A stretch of DNA of 44,957 nucleotides from Spirochaetia bacterium (GTDB taxonomy: Bacteria; Spirochaetota; Spirochaetia; CADAEX01): positions 1-44,957 of the forward strand of contig CAXXHA010000023.1 in NCBI GenBank assembly GCA_963662265.2, given 5' to 3'. A program made the translations under genes and the position numbers. This document shows positions 28,427 through 38,917 of the stretch, piece after piece; position 1 is the stretch's first letter; the number at the start of each line of letters is the position of its first letter. Under the pieces are notes generated by a model. The model did no database searches. It was not told where the DNA came from and worked only from the letters and a program-made list of their open reading frames with translations.

Positions 28427-29550
28427 TTTTCATCACTCCTTCTCAGGCCGTTTCCGTCAAGCATCAGATACGGCGAATCAGAACAGGGAATACAAAGGGT
28501 CGGATCTCCTGAAGCCTGTTTGCCGCCCATCAGGGATTCACCGCAGGAAGAACATGTAACAGACTCTCTTATCGGGGCATAATCAGGAAGATCCACAGAA
28601 ACTTCTGTTATTGTGAATATTTCATCCGCAGCAATACCGCACATTGCAGAACCTGCATCCATTGCAACTTCCTTGTATTTTTTAAGTTTTTCAGGATCTC
28701 TCGAATGTTTTTTGATAACTTCCTCAAAGACAGGCTCAAACCGGGGTTCAACCTTATTAAGAATTTCATGAAACTTTCCGTTTGATGAAATTCTCACCCC
28801 TCTGCCGTCCCTGATGCAGAAAGTAACAGCAGTCTTTCCATAATCACGATACAGAAGAGCGTTGTTTCCCAGAGTACATCCGCTTACATACTGGATACCA
28901 TCAGCGAAGCAGCTGTTTATTTCTATTATTGAAATCAGCTCTTCCATCCCCTCGGAACTGTTCAGAAGTGAAACAGGGATATTGCACTTCTCTGCAAGAA
29001 GATTAAGCCCCTCAACAGCAGCCACAACACCCATGGCAAGACCGGGACAATAATGTCCGTGAAGCTTTCCGGATTCAAGGAAAAGCTCCCTTGTCTTCCT
29101 GTTTTTCAAAAGAGGAAGGATATAAGCCCTGGGTTTTCTTTTCAGGACTTCACTGCTGTCTGAAAATTCCGCATCATGGTGAGGAATGAAGGGTTTTATA
29201 TCGATAACAGGGGTCCCGTTTACCGCATCAAGCCCCTCCACTTTTAAAACATTCCCCTTCCTTTCGAGAAGCCTGACTGTAGTAACACCTACAGCACCGG
29301 GGCGGTTCGGGCTTCGGGACGCAAAAACCCCTTTTTCATCTCCGAAATACCACCTTCCTTTCAGCTTGTAGCTGTCAGACAGATGAAAATGGAACAGGAT
29401 CTGAATATATCTGTTTGATTCAATATCATAGAGCCCTTCCTCAAATTCCTCGTTAACAACCACATAACTGACCTTTTCCTTCATCAGAAAAGGATCTGCC
29501 TTTTCATTGAAACTGCTTTTTATATATCCGATATCCTGCAACTGTATCAT
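28423..29550 (-). CDS. Fusion of TrmO/TsaA(YaeB)-type SAM-binding domain, FmdE/FwdE domain and C-terminal zinc finger
   Basis: N-part: ILFHFH, GVFASRSPNRPGAVG, VEGLDAVNGTPVIDIKPF; C-part: LHGHYCPGLAMG, EINSCFADGIQYVSGCTLGN, YGKTAVTF; CSSCGE..LCIPC. Confidence 0.88.
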   Translation of the reverse strand: MIQLQDIGYIKSSFNEKADPFLMKEKVSYVVVNEEFEEGLYDIESNRYIQILFHFHLSDSYKLKGRWYFGDEKGVFASRSPNRPGAVGVTTVRLLERKGNVLKVEGLDAVNGTPVIDIKPFIPHHDAEFSDSSEVLKRKPRAYILPLLKNRKTRELFLESGKLHGHYCPGLAMGVVAAVEGLNLLAEKCNIPVSLLNSSEGMEELISIIEINSCFADGIQYVSGCTLGNNALLYRDYGKTAVTFCIRDGRGVRISSNGKFHEILNKVEPRFEPVFEEVIKKHSRDPEKLKKYKEVAMDAGSAMCGIAADEIFTITEVSVDLPDYAPIRESVTCSSCGESLMGGKQASGDPTLCIPCSDSPYLMLDGNGLRRSDEK

Positions 29551-29570
29551 CTCTTTTCCTTAAGTATTTA

Positions 29571-30326
29571 TTATTCCGCCAGATTAACTACCGGGCAGCG
29601 GCCCTGGTAATTAAGCTCAACATTCACATCATAGACATCTTTAATAACATCGCATGTTATTTCATCCCTGCAAAGGTCTGCTACAATTTCCCCTTTCTTG
29701 AGGAAAACAAAATAATCAGCAAAGCGGAATGCTGTATTCAGATCATGTATTGATAAAAGTATCTTAACCCCATCGTTTTTCGCAATCTCCCTGAGGATCT
29801 TAAGTATCTCAATCTGGTTTTTAAGATCAAGGGATGAGGTGGGTTCATCCAGAATCATCAGAGGGGCATTCTGAACAAGAGCCCTTGCAATTGATACTTT
29901 CTGAAGCTCCCCTCCGCTGATCTCATCTATATAATGGAGACTTACTTTTTCCAGGTCCAGCCTTGTAAGTATCCGGCTGACCATGTCTATATCTTCACTT
30001 CTTACCGATGAACACATGTAGGGAAGGCGTCCCAGAAGCACAGAATCAAAAACTGTAAGCTTTCCCCCCACCCCTTTCTGCGCTACATATGATACAAGAG
30101 AAGCAATTTCCCTCGATGAAAATGAGGAATATTTTCTCCCGTCAGCATAGATTGTCCCCTCTTCAGGATTAAGAATACGGCTTATACACCTAAGAAGAGT
30201 GGTTTTTCCCGATCCGTTAGGCCCCAGGAGAGCTGTAATCCCCCGGCGGTCCAGGCTGAAACATATTTTATCAAGTACATTTCTCTTTCCGAATGAAAAA
30301 GATACATTGTCAATTTCAACTTTCAT
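29571..30326 (-). CDS. ABC transporter ATP-binding protein (FecE/BtuD-like)
   Basis: GPNGSGKTT, ISGGELQ, LDEPTSSLD, IHDLN. Confidence 0.93.
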   Translation of the reverse strand: MKVEIDNVSFSFGKRNVLDKICFSLDRRGITALLGPNGSGKTTLLRCISRILNPEEGTIYADGRKYSSFSSREIASLVSYVAQKGVGGKLTVFDSVLLGRLPYMCSSVRSEDIDMVSRILTRLDLEKVSLHYIDEISGGELQKVSIARALVQNAPLMILDEPTSSLDLKNQIEILKILREIAKNDGVKILLSIHDLNTAFRFADYFVFLKKGEIVADLCRDEITCDVIKDVYDVNVELNYQGRCPVVNLAE

Positions 30327-31408
30327 ATGCTTCTTTTCCTCAGCAGAATAAATATAAATACAGGGGCCCCCAGGAAAGATGTAAGCACAGAAACAGGAAG
30401 AATTCTGGGACTGAGCATCAGTCTTGCAGCTGTATCTGCCGCAAGGAGAAGAATGCTTCCTGTCAGAATTGAGCCGGGGAGGAAAAATCTGTGCTCTTCC
30501 CCCAGTATTCTCTTTGTGATATGGGGCGCCACAAGCCCCACAAAACCTATAACCCCGATAAATGCCACAGAAACAGCAGAAACAAGTGAAGCAAATGCAA
30601 CACTCACCCCTCTTACACGGTCTACAGAAATACCCAGGCTCTGTGCAGTTTCATCACCAAGGTTGAAAGCATTGTATTTCCAGCTGTTTGAAAGGAAATA
30701 CACGACAGATGAGGCTGTAAAAAGAGTAATTATTAAAAGCTCTTTCCAGCTGCTTCTTGCAGTATCTCCGAATGTCCAGAAGACCATTGCCGCCAGCTGC
30801 ACATCATCAGCAAAATACTGGAGAAACATCGTCCCTGCCGTAAAAAGGGAAGACAGGGTGATACCGGCCAGTATCATGGTTTCTGTCGACCCTTTCCGGA
30901 GCCTTGCAATAAGAAGAACAGTTCCCGAAGACAGCAGGGAAAAAAGAAACGCCGCTAGAGTGGTCCTGTACGGGGAAATAATATTTATCGAATCGGAAGC
31001 GCTGCTGTGCATTACCCCTGATCCGAGTATCATTACTGAAAACGCGGCTCCGAAAGCCGCGGCATTTGATACCCCCAGCGTGAAAGGGGATGCAAGTGGA
31101 TTCCTCAGCGTTGTCTGCATAACAGCCCCTGACACAGCAAGCCCCCCACCAATCACAATCGCGGTAAGCATCTGGGGGAGCCTGATACCGAGAACAATTG
31201 CGCGGTACCTTGCGCCTCCCCCCCTGCCGAGAATTATTCCGGCAACAGTTTTAAGGGGAATATTCACTGCTCCTGCAGATAATGCTGTAACAGCCATGAT
31301 CACAAGAAAAGCGAATGAAAAAATGAGAATAAAACATCGGGATCTGAGAAGCCCCAGATACCTTTTATTTATATGCTCAACATCGCTGCAGATACCTGTT
31401 TCTGTCAA
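30323..31408 (-). CDS. ABC transporter permease (FecCD/BtuC family)
   Basis: IRLPQ, GAVMQTTLRNPLASPFTLGVS, LGDETAQSLG, GVIGFVGLVAPH, ADTAAR, LGAPVF. Confidence 0.94.
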   Translation of the reverse strand: MTETGICSDVEHINKRYLGLLRSRCFILIFSFAFLVIMAVTALSAGAVNIPLKTVAGIILGRGGGARYRAIVLGIRLPQMLTAIVIGGGLAVSGAVMQTTLRNPLASPFTLGVSNAAAFGAAFSVMILGSGVMHSSASDSINIISPYRTTLAAFLFSLLSSGTVLLIARLRKGSTETMILAGITLSSLFTAGTMFLQYFADDVQLAAMVFWTFGDTARSSWKELLIITLFTASSVVYFLSNSWKYNAFNLGDETAQSLGISVDRVRGVSVAFASLVSAVSVAFIGVIGFVGLVAPHITKRILGEEHRFFLPGSILTGSILLLAADTAARLMLSPRILPVSVLTSFLGAPVFIFILLRKRSI

Positions 31409-32546
31409 AATTTTATCCCTGAAAAAGCATATCCGCTGAATGAACTGTCAAGATCTTTGAAGACAGCCTTGCCTGTAAGAAATTCATAAATGCTGTCAGC
31501 TTTCTCTTCAGGATCTATATCGCTGTAATATTCAGGATAGAGTACCTTCCCGACAAAATATCCGTTGGCAAGGACAGAACCGAAATTTGTAGTATACCAG
31601 TTATAGGGGAGAACTCCGTAAATATTCCCCTCCCTTACAGATTTCATTCCTGAATAAATAGCATCATTTTTAAGCTCATAAAGAGCTCCGGCCTTCTCAT
31701 CAGACTGAAGAGTTGAAACATCTATGAAAAGCACATCAGGGTCCCAGTGAATAATCTGCTCCTTTGCAATATCAGCATGTTTCTGTTTTGCTGCAGCTTT
31801 CCCCGGATCATAAGCAACATTATTGGCACCGGTGAAAAGAAAAGGGGGATAGGCCGGCTCTGTTGACTGTATTCCGTGCGGACCTTTATAAGCTATCCCG
31901 CCTACATAACAGGAAAGCTTCTTCTCTTCAGGAATACCTGAGGATCTTTTTTCGAGATCAGAAACAGCATTTTCCATGAATTCAACAACTTCTTCAGCCC
32001 TTTTTTCCCGGTTTAGAATTTTTCCCATAAGCCTGAGAGAGGAATAAAGATCATCCCTCCTGTCAGTTATATTGCCGTATTCCAGCACAACAACAGGTAT
32101 GCCAGTCTTGTTCTGAAGTTCAACAGGATCATATCCCATTCCTGAATAAGTCTTGAAAATAACATCAGGCTGCGGATCAAGTGAAAGAATAAGCTCTGGA
32201 TTATCATGCCCTCTGAATTCTCCGAATGTTGGAAGCTCTTTGAAATGAGGATTTGCAATAGCATACGGCCTTGCGTCAAACTTGCTTCTTCTTGTTTCTA
32301 TATCATCGACAGCGACAACCCTGTCCTGTTCCTGAAGATAGACAAGGAGCCTTAAAGCGCCTGAGACCTGAACATATTACATGATGCAGGGATTTTCAGG
32401 AATCTCAAGTTCCCTGCCGGCATGCTGTCTGTGATTCTGATAATTTCAGTATTTTTCATTGACGGAAGAGCTGTTTCTCTTTTTCTCCTCCTGCCCAGAC
32501 TGGAAAAATTAAAAATAGAAAGCAAAATAACTGCTGAGAGTCTCAT
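31405..32546 (-). CDS. ABC transporter substrate-binding protein (iron-chelate/B12 class), frameshifted near the 5' end
   Basis: Frame upstream of the 32139 Met reads GALRLLVYLQEQDRVVAVDDIETRRSKFDARPYAIANP..PELILSLDPQPDVIF; WDPDVLFID, LPYNWY; signal-like start at 32546 with SD GGAG is out of frame. Confidence 0.85.
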
Positions 32547-32573
32547 ATAAAATATCTCCTTTCACCATTTTTA

Positions 32574-32626
32574 ATGATGATTCATGTACTTTTTCACAAT
32601 GTATCATCATAATATTACATTTTCAA
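32574..32626 (-). promoter_or_regulatory. Promoter and overlapping inverted-repeat operator of the ABC-FmdE-lar operon
   Basis: Minus strand TTGAAA(32626)-17 bp-TACATT(32603) with TG extension; IR ATGATGATTCAT-13 bp-ATGTATCATCAT (32574-32610), one mismatch. Confidence 0.6.
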
Positions 32627-32695
32627 CCATCAAATAACTTAAAACAGATAAAAAATACTTCACAAACAAATCTGTCAACGATATAATTTCTCAAT

Positions 32696-33471
32696 ATGAA
32701 TAACCCGGAAAAACCTCTCCAGCTGGAAAGAATTGAAAATATAAAAAACATACTCAGGGAAAACAAATCTGTAAAAGTCGGTAATTTAAGCACATTTTTC
32801 GATGTTTCTGAAAACACAATAAGAAGAGATCTGATGGAACTTGAAAATGAAGGGTTCTGTATAAGATCAAAGGGGGGGGCAACACTTGCGGGAAAACCGG
32901 ATTCAGCACATTCATTTTCAATCAGGATGGATAAAAACTACGAACTGAAGCGGGAAATTGCGGAAAAAGCCTCTTCGTCTGCTGAAACCCGGATCAACTG
33001 TTATCCTGGATTCAGGGACAACAGGACTGGAATTCGCGCGGATAATAAAAACAAAAAAACACATTACAGTAATTACACCTTCTCTTGATGCTGCATTAAT
33101 CCTTATCAGATATCCCGGGAATCACCCTGATAATGCCGGGAGGAGTTGTCTATGGGTCTTCCCGCTCGCTTACCGGACAGCCGGCAGAAGATTTTTTCTC
33201 ATCTATTCATGCGGATATTCTTTTTCTTGCGGTAAAGGCAGTGAGTATTGAAGAGGGATTGAGCGATCATACAATATCGGAAGCTTCGGTCAAAAGAAGA
33301 ATGATCAACAGCGCCGACAAGATATGCATACTTGCAGATAACAGCAAACTTGATAAGACATCGCTTTGTAAAATATGTCCTATTGACAGGGTGGATTATT
33401 TTATAACTGACCATAACGCAGATAAGACATTTCTGGAAAAAATCAGAGAAAAAAACATAATAATTCTCTGA
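32696..33471 (+). CDS. DeoR/GlpR family transcriptional regulator (two frameshifts)
   Basis: HTH FDVSENTIRRDL..GGA; VILDSGTT; MPGG, ADILFL, LADNSKL, FITD spread across three frames; TTCACA-17-TATAAT promoter at 32659-32687. Confidence 0.88.
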
Positions 33472-33810
33472 TAATTTCTTAATAAAGTTACATCGATTAT
33501 TCATCAATAAATTTATAAATCTCTTTCTTTGTTTTTTTATAACAGTCAGGATAGCGAGTGCCGTTGCAAAATTACATCCAGTCCTCCCATAACCAAAGCA
33601 TACCAGATTATTGAATCCTGTTAAATTCCTTTAGTTTTTTAGAGGCGCTCATATAATATTATCGACATATGGTGAAAACAGGTTAAAATCCTTTGATTTT
33701 CTCCACGGATAACTTGTGTAACGATACGGGGGTGAATCCGGGGGAAAGGTTAAATTAAACATAATTCACTATCGACATATACAAATTGGACTGAAAATAT
33801 CTACGGATAT

Positions 33811-33830
33811 AAAAAAGCCGCATGGCCGGC
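33811..33830 (-). terminator. Probable intrinsic terminator
   Basis: Minus strand GCCG-GCCATG-CGGC-TTTTTT just after the stop at 33846. Confidence 0.5.
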
Positions 33831-33845
33831 AATTGCCTCCAATGA

Positions 33846-36800
33846 CTATGATGTTTTACTCATTTCTCTTTCGACAGCTTCAAGTGTCTGCCTGACATAG
33901 CATTTTTCCGCAAACATGGCCATTTCCGCCTCAAGGTTTGACAGTTCAGAATCGCCGAAAACACCTGTCAGATACGGTATAACCCTTTTTGAAGGATTTT
34001 TTTCATTCTGCTTTTTGATATCGATGAGCGACTGTATTTTTGAAGCTGCCACACACTCCTGCATACAGCCGAACGGTTCAAGCTGGTAAACTCCGCTTAT
34101 CCCTTCGGAATTATTGTTAATAAAGTCATTGGTAATGCCGATTGAAATTCCGGCCTCCCCTTTTATCCTGATATCAAAGATATTCTGATCTCTTAATTCA
34201 TTGTAAAGATCAATAGGCCGCCGGAATCGGCGGTGGGAAAGGATATCACTAAAATATACGGAAAGCCCTTTTTCAACCTTCATCATGTAAAATCCCTTTA
34301 CAAGGGCACCTGCCCAGAGCAGGTATCTTTTCTCTTTCCAGTATGCAGCTCTCTGCATTTTGTTTACATATTCAAACATATCAGCAAGGAGTCTCGGGAC
34401 TACCTCAAGATTAAACGATTCAAGCTTACTTACAGAGTTTTCATTCGCCCCTGTATGGCTTCTTACATAGATTTCACCGAAAATACTTACCAGGGGAAAT
34501 CTTTTGCTGATATTTACATCAATCTCTCTGCATTTTTCAGAAGAGTTTTTCATAAATGCTTTCAGTTTTTTAAAATCACAGCCCTCCCCGACTATCTTCA
34601 GAAACTCTTTCCTGATATCAGAAAAAAATCTGTCGGTTGAACCCTTAACTGTTTCATACGGTCTCAGGCTGAGCTGTGCATTCATCAGAACATCAGAAGC
34701 TATTGATGCCTTGGCAAGGTTCCGCCTTATGATGCCCCGTTCCTTTACAGAAACCGGGAGATTCTCCCAGTCAAGGTAGGCTGCAGGATTTACTATCATC
34801 ACACCGTTAAAATTGCATTCATCCAGAAACTGCTTGACAATTATATGATACTGACCAAGCCTGCATGGTCCTCCTGCCATCGGGACAAATACTGCAAGCT
34901 CCTTATTAGGATCAAGTCCTTCCCTCATTTTGGTATAAACCCATGCAAAAACATCTCCGAAAAGAATATGCATAGGCAGACAGTTATTTGTAATCAGATA
35001 TTTTCTGGCATAAGCCTCTGATTCAGGGGTTTTTGTCGGCATTACTTCTGCCCTGTATCCGGCTGAACGGAAAACAGCGACAAGCATTTCAGCTGATTCC
35101 CTCCCCATATCCGGTATTCCAAGAATCCTGTCTTTCAGATCATCTTTATTTTTAAAAACTGTCTCAAGCTCTTTAAGTTTTACATGTCTGGCTTTATGAT
35201 TTTTTACAACCTCAAAATTAGCCATGGCGCGTGTGCCGAACTGGGCGTTGCTGTTGTGGCCGTCTGTCTGAAGTGTGAGATAGGGTTTGCCTGCAATATC
35301 AAAAATCCTTGTTTCATGGTATGAAAGCATTGCATCAGGACCGCAGTTAAAGTTTGTTTCCCTGACTCCGTAAATATACGGATCAACAGCAGCCAGTATA
35401 TCGTAGCGGGTCATCTCCCGTCCCTGAAACCAGTACATATGCCTTACAATTTCTGAAAAATTGTAATCCGGCTGTTTTAAAAAAAAGCAGGGGATAAAGT
35501 GAAGGCCGTTTACAATAAAAAGCTCATGGATTTTTGAACTTGCCATGTTATCAAAAATTGTATAGCCGCGTCCTATCCCCAGGAAAATTTTCTTGTTCTT
35601 CTTCTTGAGCCTATCAATAATATCAGAGCCCATGCTGTGGATTTTATTATTAAAATCACCCTGAGCTTTCAAGGCTTTTTTAACTGCCGCTGCTATATTT
35701 TTTTTTTGTCAGGTTTTTCATTATATCTGTTTTGCTGAATACCCTTTCAAGGTCAGAGAGAATATCATCCTCCAGCCGGTAGATTTTGTCGTTAAAAACC
35801 AGTACGGGAAGAAGCGAATCATCAGAATCAATTTTAAGCGCATCTTTTGCTTGCAAATCCGGCTCCTGAAACATAAGGGCATGTTTTGGACTGATTCTGG
35901 GGAGCATCCTCCTCGCCGCATCCAAGGTAATTGACTAAAAGAATCTTGTCTTTACCATGCCTGATGAACTCTTTGAGATAGGCGGTATGTCCGTAGTGAA
36001 GTTTGGATGGATAGCATGATTCTGAATGCGAATGCTTAATACCAAGCGATGCAATATATTCATTCGATTCAGGCGACAGAAAAACCCTGAAACCCAGATA
36101 ATTGTAAAGCGATACAAAAAATACCCCTCTTTCATTAAGAAAATGAAGCGATCTCGGTATATAAACAGTAGGCATCTCATCGGAGAGAGTTTCTCAGGCA
36201 GAGAAGAATACTTACCAAGTTCTTTATCAAGTTCTTTTTATACAGTCCTATATAATCAGGCGCTTTTTCAGCTGTGCCTTGAGTATTTCCTTTAGGGCAG
36301 AGTCCGCCTGAAAAAACCATTTCATCCCCGATTTTATAAACCTGAAGGCTGCAGTCCCGGAGTCCGCAGGAGTCAGGGACTATTTTACTGCAGTCTGAGT
36401 TAATTTTTTCAAACTCAATATCTGCTACTTTAAAACCCCTGAATCTGCATGACGGATTTTCCCCCTCTTCTTCAATTCTTTTGACATTATTATATGCTAC
36501 CAGAGCTGCCCCCATCGCGCCGAAAAGCTGCCTGTGTGGAAAGGCATGAACTTCTGTTCCGGTATGGAGGGCAAGAGCTGCAAGACACTCCTCTCCCTTA
36601 AAAGGCCCTCCCTGGGCAGATGCCAGATTACCGAATTTTTCGTTCCCGACAAATTTGTTAGCATAGCCCCCATAAAGCCATATGCTGTCGCAGCTGAAAC
36701 TTCATCAAGAGGGAAACCAAGTGCAACAAGCTTTAAAATATCAGCTTCAGTAAAAATTGCGCACATCTCATCAGTAAGCGGAGTTCTCTCTGCCGCCATG

Positions 36801-38403
36801 GCATAATTTCTGAAAGATCTGAAATCAAGCCCCAGCATATCAATCATGTTTTTCATTGACTGCCCGGTCCCCGCCATGCATGAAAGATTCATCTTGGCTT
36901 TCTTTACTGTACCGTCAGGATTAAAAACAGTAAATTTTGCATCCTGGCCTCCGCATTCAAATATTGTATCAACATTGCTGTTAAAAAACCTCACCCCCTC
37001 TGCGTGGCATGTAATTTCATCCTTGACTATATCTGTGGTGCTGCTGTCTTCTGTTTTTGTAAAATCGGTAAAAAGGCGGTGATAGAACTGTCCGGATGAT
37101 CCGGTATAGGGCTACCCCCCTGATATCAAAATTAGCATGATAGGTATTTTGTATTTCCCTGAATATTTTCTGTGCTGCTTCAAGAGGTTTTCCGTCTGTA
37201 TCAATGCATATCTCAGCAATTATTTCCATGGTTGATGAATCAGCTATAAGAGCCTTTGTTGTTGTTGAACCGCCGTCAATTCCTATTACAACTCTGCAGC
37301 TTTTTTCCGGTTTTTTAAAAACAGTCAAACCGCCTTCTGTAGAATACAAGGCTTTTTCATCATCATAAATATGGACAAGGGGAAGTGCGCTTGAAAGAGG
37401 CGGGGCGAATTTGATTTTTTCAATCTCGGCCTTTTTTACAAGTTCCAGCTTTTCAACATCAAGAGCTGATTCTTTCTTTTCCTTCAGCGCAAGAAGGGCA
37501 GCCCCTGCAGCTCCGATTTTTTCGCATCCGGAAGGAAGGGTAATATCAAGATTCAGTTCCCTTGAAAAAATATCTGCAAGATAGCTGTTAAGAAAAACAC
37601 CGCCTGCAGCAGCTGTTTTTTTGCCGCGGTCCAGTGTCCTCATCCTTATAACATCGCTTCTGTAATTTGCAGCAATTCTTTCATACATCCCTTTAAGAAT
37701 GTTTCTGATCTGCTCACCGCTGTTCTGCATATGTATCATATCAGACTGAATAATAACGCCGCACCGCCGCCCTCCTACATTCAGGACTTTATCAGACATT
37801 CATTATTGTTTTCAGCTGCCTTGAGGTGCATCTTTTCAACCTGATGCTGCATTATTTTTCTGTTTTTTCTCTGTATGTCTCTTTTGTCTGCTGATGTAAT
37901 ATCAGCAGGAAGGAGTTTTTCTGTTATTTCGTCTGAAAAAAACCTTCTGACCTGTTTGTTGATAAGAATTCCGCTGCCGCCTCCGCATTTAGTTCCAGTT
38001 CCGTGGTCGGAAACAAAAAAACTGCCCATAGTATTGCCGGTTTTTTTCTCTTTCGAAAAAGTAGGGATCTTTTGCCCCCACATGAATAAGATATTCACAA
38101 TCAGGTGCTATTATCTCAGCCCCTGCCGAAACAGAGAGCGTATCAAAATAAAAAGGGCATAAAGTTTTTTCTGAAGCTATCCTTGAAAGAGATCCTGTAA
38201 AAGCAACAGCTTTTATTGCATCGGAAGAGACTATGCCCAGGATATCTTCATAAACCTCAATAACTGCTTCCAGGGGATTCCCGAAATGCATAAGAGAATC
38301 AGGGGAAATAAACAATATTTTTGTTTTCATCAATCAGCATGCAGTGAACAGTATCTGAACCAATATCGATACCAAGATAGAAACGATTTGTTGTTTGTGC
38401 CAT
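33846..38403 (-). CDS. Large acyl-CoA dehydratase activase-related protein (two ASKHA/BcrAD_BadFG ATPase domains plus DUF2229-like Fe-S region), multiply frameshifted
   Basis: Stitched fragments: MAQTTNRFYLGIDIGSDT, GTKCGGGSG, IGIDGGSTTTKA, ECGGQDAKF, MNLSCMAGTG, CAIFTE, SESCYPSK, TCPYV, NFNCGPDA, GPCRLGQY, PFGCMQE. Confidence 0.85.
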
Positions 38404-38917
38404 TTTTAATCCTTCTTCATAGAGGAGAGGTGAAACAATAAAATGCTGAAAAGACTTTTTAACCCTATTTTATAAAAATTATAAAGCAGGGGCTGATATT
38501 TCTGCAAACGATTAACGGTAAAACATTTGTAAAACGGGAAAGACGTGAATAATTTTGTTTACGTTATAGGAATACTGATGGTTTGAAGCTTTTATATGAA
38601 GAATATATCCATAGATATAATAAAATAATACCAGGGTCCTTTTTACAACAACAACAATAATAAAACGCTTTTTAATTTTAAAGACTATATAAAAGGAAAG
38701 TCTCCAAGCGCAAAACACTTGGCAGCTATCAATTCAAGGATTTCTATAAAAACATACTATTCAAAATCCTAACAAACGACCTTTTGCAGCGTTACGTTTA
38801 AAACCACCTAACTCATAAAATATTTAATTATGTAAAAGAGTGAATTATTAATAGTGGACTTTATTCTTACTACAGATGGATTTTTTCCAGTCCTTTTTAA
38901 CATACTCAATAAAATCT

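Noticed and set aside
30327-31439. 370-aa plus-strand ORF
   Set aside because: Antisense shadow of the FecCD permease with no recognisable motifs
38680-38730. Riboswitch-like GGAAAG..CGCAAAAC..GGCAGC segment
   Set aside because: Incomplete match and on the opposite strand to the flanking genes
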